From IMG/VR virus record IMGVR_UViG_3300008255_000105: 64,000 nucleotides of DNA. The stretch is one strand, 5' to 3'. The DNA comes from a virus (lineage: Duplodnaviria > Heunggongvirae > Uroviricota > Caudoviricetes). This document shows positions 60,310 through 64,000 of the stretch, one piece after another; positions within the stretch are counted from its first letter, which is position 1, and each line of letters opens with the position of its first letter. Below the pieces are notes generated by a model. It saw nothing but the letters and a program-made list of their open reading frames with translations, searched no databases and was not told the DNA's origin. A program made the position numbers and the translations under genes.

Positions 60310-61698
60310 TCATATTGTGTTCAAACCTTCTAAAGATTCAAATTTTTTATTTTCATCAAAAATTGGGACTGGTTGTTTACCATCAAAACAAGCTGTGCAT
60401 AGGCTATTTTTTGGTCTACCGATTGCATCACAAACATCATCAATTGAAACAAAAGAGACAGAATCAACACCAAGTTCTTCTGCTATTTCTTCGTTTGTTT
60501 TTCCTTTTGCAAAAAATTCATCATTAGTTTTTAAATCAACCCCTAGATAGCACGGGAAAACAACTTTTGGTGTTGCGAATCCAAGGTGGATTTCTTTTGC
60601 TCCATGATTTTTTAACATTTCAACTATTTGTTTTGAGGTATGTCCTCTAACCATAGAATCGTCTATCACACCCAATCTGTATCCTGAAATATATTCTGGG
60701 ACAGTTTTTAATTTCATTCTGACAAGATTTCTTCTCATTTCTTCATCTGGATCAATAAAAGTTCTAATTGAATATCTATTTTTTATGATTGCATTTCTAA
60801 ATGGAACGTTTAATGCTTCTGCGACCCCATTGGCTGCAATAATCCCTGTTTCTGGGACGCCTGTTATCAAATCAACTTCTGGCATATATTTAGCAAGTTT
60901 ATATCCCATGTTATATCTTGCTTTTGAAACATGAACTTCATCAAAAATTCCAGTGCTATCTTGAAGATATCCATATTCAAATTCGCAAGAAGCTGTTCCA
61001 GTTGAATTCATATATTCTGATCTAATTCCATTTTCATCAATAATTACAACTTCACCGGGGGAGATATCACGAATAAACTTTGCCCCAATAATTGAAAATG
61101 AATAAAATTCACTTGCTAAAATATAGTTGTTGTCAAGTTTCCCGAGCAACAAAGGTCTAATTCCTCTTGGATCCCTAACACCAATTAATTTCCCATCTAA
61201 AAGCATGACTAATGAATAACTTCCAAAAAAAGTTTCTTCTGCTAGACAAACTGTTTGAAAAATATCTCCATTATAATTCTCTGCTAGAAATTTTGTTAAA
61301 ACTTCGGTGTCAGATGATGCTTCGAAATTTGTCCCATTTAAAGCCATAATTTCTTTAACCAAATGTGAATTAGTTAAATTCCCGTTATGTGCTAAAAAAA
61401 GAACCTCTCCACCTTCGGTTTTTGCGACCATAGGTTGAGCATTATTTAATGTACTTGATCCTGTTGTAGCATATCTTACTTGAGAAATAGCAGCATATCC
61501 ACCAATTGAATTAATAACATCTGTTGTTAAAACCTGAAGAACTAATCCCTCTCCTTTTTTAGTATGATATTTTTCTCCATCAAAAACCGTTAAACCACAA
61601 GCCTCCTGACCTCGTGAGTTAATTGCAAAGATTGACAGCCTAACTTTAGGGGCTATGTTTTCAAAGTCCCTATTAAAAAAACCAACTATTCCACACAT
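60310..61698 (-). CDS. purF: amidophosphoribosyltransferase
   Basis: N-terminal MCGIVG (Ntn Cys), PRTase motif VIDDSMVRGHTS, C-terminal Cys cluster. Confidence 0.8.
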   Translation of the reverse strand: MCGIVGFFNRDFENIAPKVRLSIFAINSRGQEACGLTVFDGEKYHTKKGEGLVLQVLTTDVINSIGGYAAISQVRYATTGSSTLNNAQPMVAKTEGGEVLFLAHNGNLTNSHLVKEIMALNGTNFEASSDTEVLTKFLAENYNGDIFQTVCLAEETFFGSYSLVMLLDGKLIGVRDPRGIRPLLLGKLDNNYILASEFYSFSIIGAKFIRDISPGEVVIIDENGIRSEYMNSTGTASCEFEYGYLQDSTGIFDEVHVSKARYNMGYKLAKYMPEVDLITGVPETGIIAANGVAEALNVPFRNAIIKNRYSIRTFIDPDEEMRRNLVRMKLKTVPEYISGYRLGVIDDSMVRGHTSKQIVEMLKNHGAKEIHLGFATPKVVFPCYLGVDLKTNDEFFAKGKTNEEIAEELGVDSVSFVSIDDVCDAIGRPKNSLCTACFDGKQPVPIFDENKKFESLEGLNTI

Positions 61699-61747
61699 AA
61701 ATTGGTAACCTCTTCATAACTATTCTATTTACTAGACTCAAATAACT

Positions 61748-62092
61748 TTATTTTTCAGACATTCTTTTGATTGATTTGATAGCTAATTCCATTTTAATTC
61801 TAGCGGAAGAATTGGCTGTATGAATTCTAATCTCGGGGACTTTAAAATTTGGATCTAAAAAAACTCTTTCCTCAATCCAAAGTAAAACAAAATATCCAGT
61901 CTGCTCTGTTTCACCATCAATCAACCCAAGATCATGATCAAGACTGACAACCTCAAAAGGATCGCCACGAGAGAGGGCCAGGATGGCTTCAGAGGCCGTT
62001 CTAACCCACTCCCACCCTTCGGGGGGCAGGCGGCGGTCATCAAGCCATAGGGAGCGGCCTGTGGCTTTATCGTCTTGCTTTACAGTCCCCAT
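61748..62092 (-). CDS. hypothetical protein (114 aa)
   Basis: ORF; promoter motif and GAGAGG SD upstream. Confidence 0.5.
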   Translation of the reverse strand: MGTVKQDDKATGRSLWLDDRRLPPEGWEWVRTASEAILALSRGDPFEVVSLDHDLGLIDGETEQTGYFVLLWIEERVFLDPNFKVPEIRIHTANSSARIKMELAIKSIKRMSEK

Positions 62093-62112
62093 CGGGCACC
62101 TCTCACTCGCTG

Positions 62113-62122
62113 ATTATACCAC
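62113..62122 (-). promoter_or_regulatory. extended -10 promoter GTGGTATAAT
   Basis: motif copy 5. Confidence 0.4.
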
Positions 62123-62196
62123 TATTTTGATAAATTCCAGATGGGAAAAGGGAAACCATTTAACATTTGAGAAAAATAGTTTTAAGGATCAAATAA

Positions 62197-64000
62197 ATGG
62201 AAAAAATATCTATAATTTATGTTGTAAAAGATGGTGCAGATCTTCTTCCAGTTGAAGAAGAAAAAACATATCTAATGATGAAAGCATCTTCTCAAAAAAT
62301 AATAAAAAAATCAGCATGGAGTAGAATACCCTTAAATAAATCAAAAGGAGATTATTCTTTAAATAGTCAAATACCTCAAAGTAATCAAAGATTAGCTCCA
62401 TTGCCAGATCGAGACAGCTTAGGAACTGGTGCCCAACAAAGAGATAAAGCTCTTCAACAACAGCAAAATTTTAGGACTTTACAATTATATTTACGAGATT
62501 TGGAAAGAACAAAAAAAGCAGTTTCATTATTAAATCCTCAACAAAATCCTCAACAAAATCCTCAACAAAATCCTCAAATTAATTTACTTTTTCTTAAAAA
62601 ATATCAAAATCATCAAGCAATTATAGATCTGATAGATTCTTTGCCCCCAGGTCAAATAAATGAATTAATTTCAGGTGGAAAAAATCAAGCGATAAAGGAT
62701 CTTTCTTGGACTGTTGCTTCTGCAAGATCTTATATTGAAGAAACTAATCCAACAGATCTTCCTTCTTTTGATGATAATTTAATTCATCTCGGTGGTTTAA
62801 AAAAGAATTATCAAGATATGTACATCCAACAAAAATTAGCAAAAGAGGTAATTCCTAAAATTCAAAATGCACAAACCCCACAAGAAGTTAAACAAATAGT
62901 TCAAACGATTGACGAAACATCTTTGTCTTCTATTTCAGATGCTGTTTCCGAAGCGGTTGGGGATGCACAAGAGAGATTTTCTGAAAAATGGAAGGAACTT
63001 TATCCAGTAGGCCAACAAATAAGAACCAAAGAACAAACTAAAGCTATCCAAAACTCGGGTTTTGATCCTAACGCTTTTCAGGGAGCTTTCCAAGCTATAT
63101 CAACTATTCTAGCTCAAAATCCATTTAATCCTAATCAAGCATTAGAATCTGCAAAACGACAAGGGATTGTACAAGAAAGTCCAATTTCAGGAGGTAGAGG
63201 ACGAACTGTTATAACTATTGGTGGAACAACTGCGAACATAAATCAATTAAATCAATTAAATCAATTAAATAATTTTGATAAATCAGAAATAACAAAGGGC
63301 AAACAATATAATGCAAAAAATGCACCCGAAACAACTCCGGCAACTCCGGCAACTCCGGCAACTCCGGCAACTCCGGCAACTCCGGCAACCCCGGCAACCC
63401 CAGCAACGCCAAAAGCACCGACACGGGATCAATTAAGACATCAACAAAAGCAGCAACAACAGCAGCAACAACAAGAATGGGATAAATATATTATGGGTTT
63501 AAGTGAAAGTCAAATTAGGAATATCCCCACCGAAGAATTAGCAGAAATTTTTCCACAGGAATCACAAGACAGAAGAATGAGTCCAGATAGATTGCGACAA
63601 ATTTTAGTAAATGATCGCCAACAAGCACAGCGAAGAAATAGACCAAGTGTTAATGATGTGGCTAGACAAAACAGATCTAATCAACAAATATATGATCCAG
63701 ATTTAAAGAATTTAAAAAATGTTAATGTTTATTCTGGTGAAGCAGGGGGAAACACCAAATTATTAATGCCACAAACAGCAGATGAATGGCAACAATCTGA
63801 TCAATATACACAAGAACACTATGTTAATCAAATGGCTCAATCTTTGGGTATGGAAGGAGAACCAGAAAAGGTTAAAAAAATAATGGAAGCTCTTTATAAA
63901 CCGCCGCAAAATCCAAGTATAAATAGCCAACCAGTTCAAGTATCAGAAGGACAAAGCAGTCCAAGTATATCAATACCAGAAACAACCCCTAGACCAGTAA
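62197..64000 (+). CDS. large low-complexity Gln/Asn-rich protein with several short tandem repeats; 3' end outside the window
   Basis: ATG 62197 follows an in-frame TAA; open frame to the window end (translated by eye); repeats NPQQ x3, NQL x3, (TPA)x8 at 63333-63404. Confidence 0.45.
   Translation, partial: MEKISIIYVVKDGADLLPVEEEKTYLMMKASSQKIIKKSAWSRIPLNKSKGDYSLNSQIPQSNQRLAPLPDRDSLGTGAQQRDKALQQQQNFRTLQLYLRDLERTKKAVSLLNPQQNPQQNPQQNPQINLLFLKKYQNHQAIIDLIDSLPPGQINELISGGKNQAIKDLSWTVASARSYIEETNPTDLPSFDDNLIHLGGLKKNYQDMYIQQKLAKEVIPKIQNAQTPQEVKQIVQTIDETSLSSISDAVSEAVGDAQERFSEKWKELYPVGQQIRTKEQTKAIQNSGFDPNAFQGAFQAISTILAQNPFNPNQALESAKRQGIVQESPISGGRGRTVITIGGTTANINQLNQLNQLNNFDKSEITKGKQYNAKNAPETTPATPATPATPATPATPATPATPATPKAPTRDQLRHQQKQQQQQQQQEWDKYIMGLSESQIRNIPTEELAEIFPQESQDRRMSPDRLRQILVNDRQQAQRRNRPSVNDVARQNRSNQQIYDPDLKNLKNVNVYSGEAGGNTKLLMPQTADEWQQSDQYTQEHYVNQMAQSLGMEGEPEKVKKIMEALYKPPQNPSINSQPVQVSEGQSSPSISIPETTPRPV

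Overview
The window is AT-rich, about 30–35% GC, with scattered GC-rich islands, and is prokaryotic: Shine-Dalgarno sites, extended -10 promoters (TGnTATAAT), intrinsic terminators and a bacterial-type type IV pilin are all present. Almost all genes lie on the minus strand; the plus-strand genes are 10999–14535, 30737–31477 and a large repeat-rich ORF running off the 3' end. I cannot tell from sequence alone whether this is a small-genome bacterial chromosome (possibly with a prophage-like tRNA-rich segment) or a very large phage.

Recognisable content:
- Two homologous TnpB elements. Copy 2 (33414–37414, ~4 kb) is a complete IS607-like element: MerR-HTH serine recombinase TnpA, a 505-aa SF2 (DECH-box) helicase cargo gene, a small ORF and TnpB. 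Copy 1 (5501–6897) is a 1.4-kb tnpB-only derivative sharing both termini. Both appear to be inserted in-frame into host ORFs.
- A long minus-strand operon (about 15.4–27.5 kb) that combines Preiss-Handler NAD salvage genes (pncA, pncB, nadE) with a TerY-P-like triad (vWA protein, Ser/Thr kinase-like protein, PP2C phosphatase). It also contains a MORN-repeat protein, an HNH nuclease and a type IV pilin.
- Nine tRNA genes on the minus strand between 38 and 55 kb (Glu, Ser x3, Thr, Arg, Met, an Asn-anticodon tRNA with a long variable arm, and one with an atypical anticodon loop), interspersed with small ORFs.
- Housekeeping genes: hisS, purF, coaD, pth2, a nucleoside hydrolase, two DNA methyltransferases, an SPFH lipoprotein, a second MORN protein and an MBL-fold hydrolase.
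- Non-coding signals: a recurrent extended -10 promoter motif at five sites; two GC-rich structured-RNA candidates; a 50-bp SD-sequestering motif present twice; a (GA)14 repeat at the RBS of a MORN gene; and GC-rich small basic protein genes that look horizontally acquired.

All functional calls rest on motifs I can read in the ORF translations. No database searches were possible.
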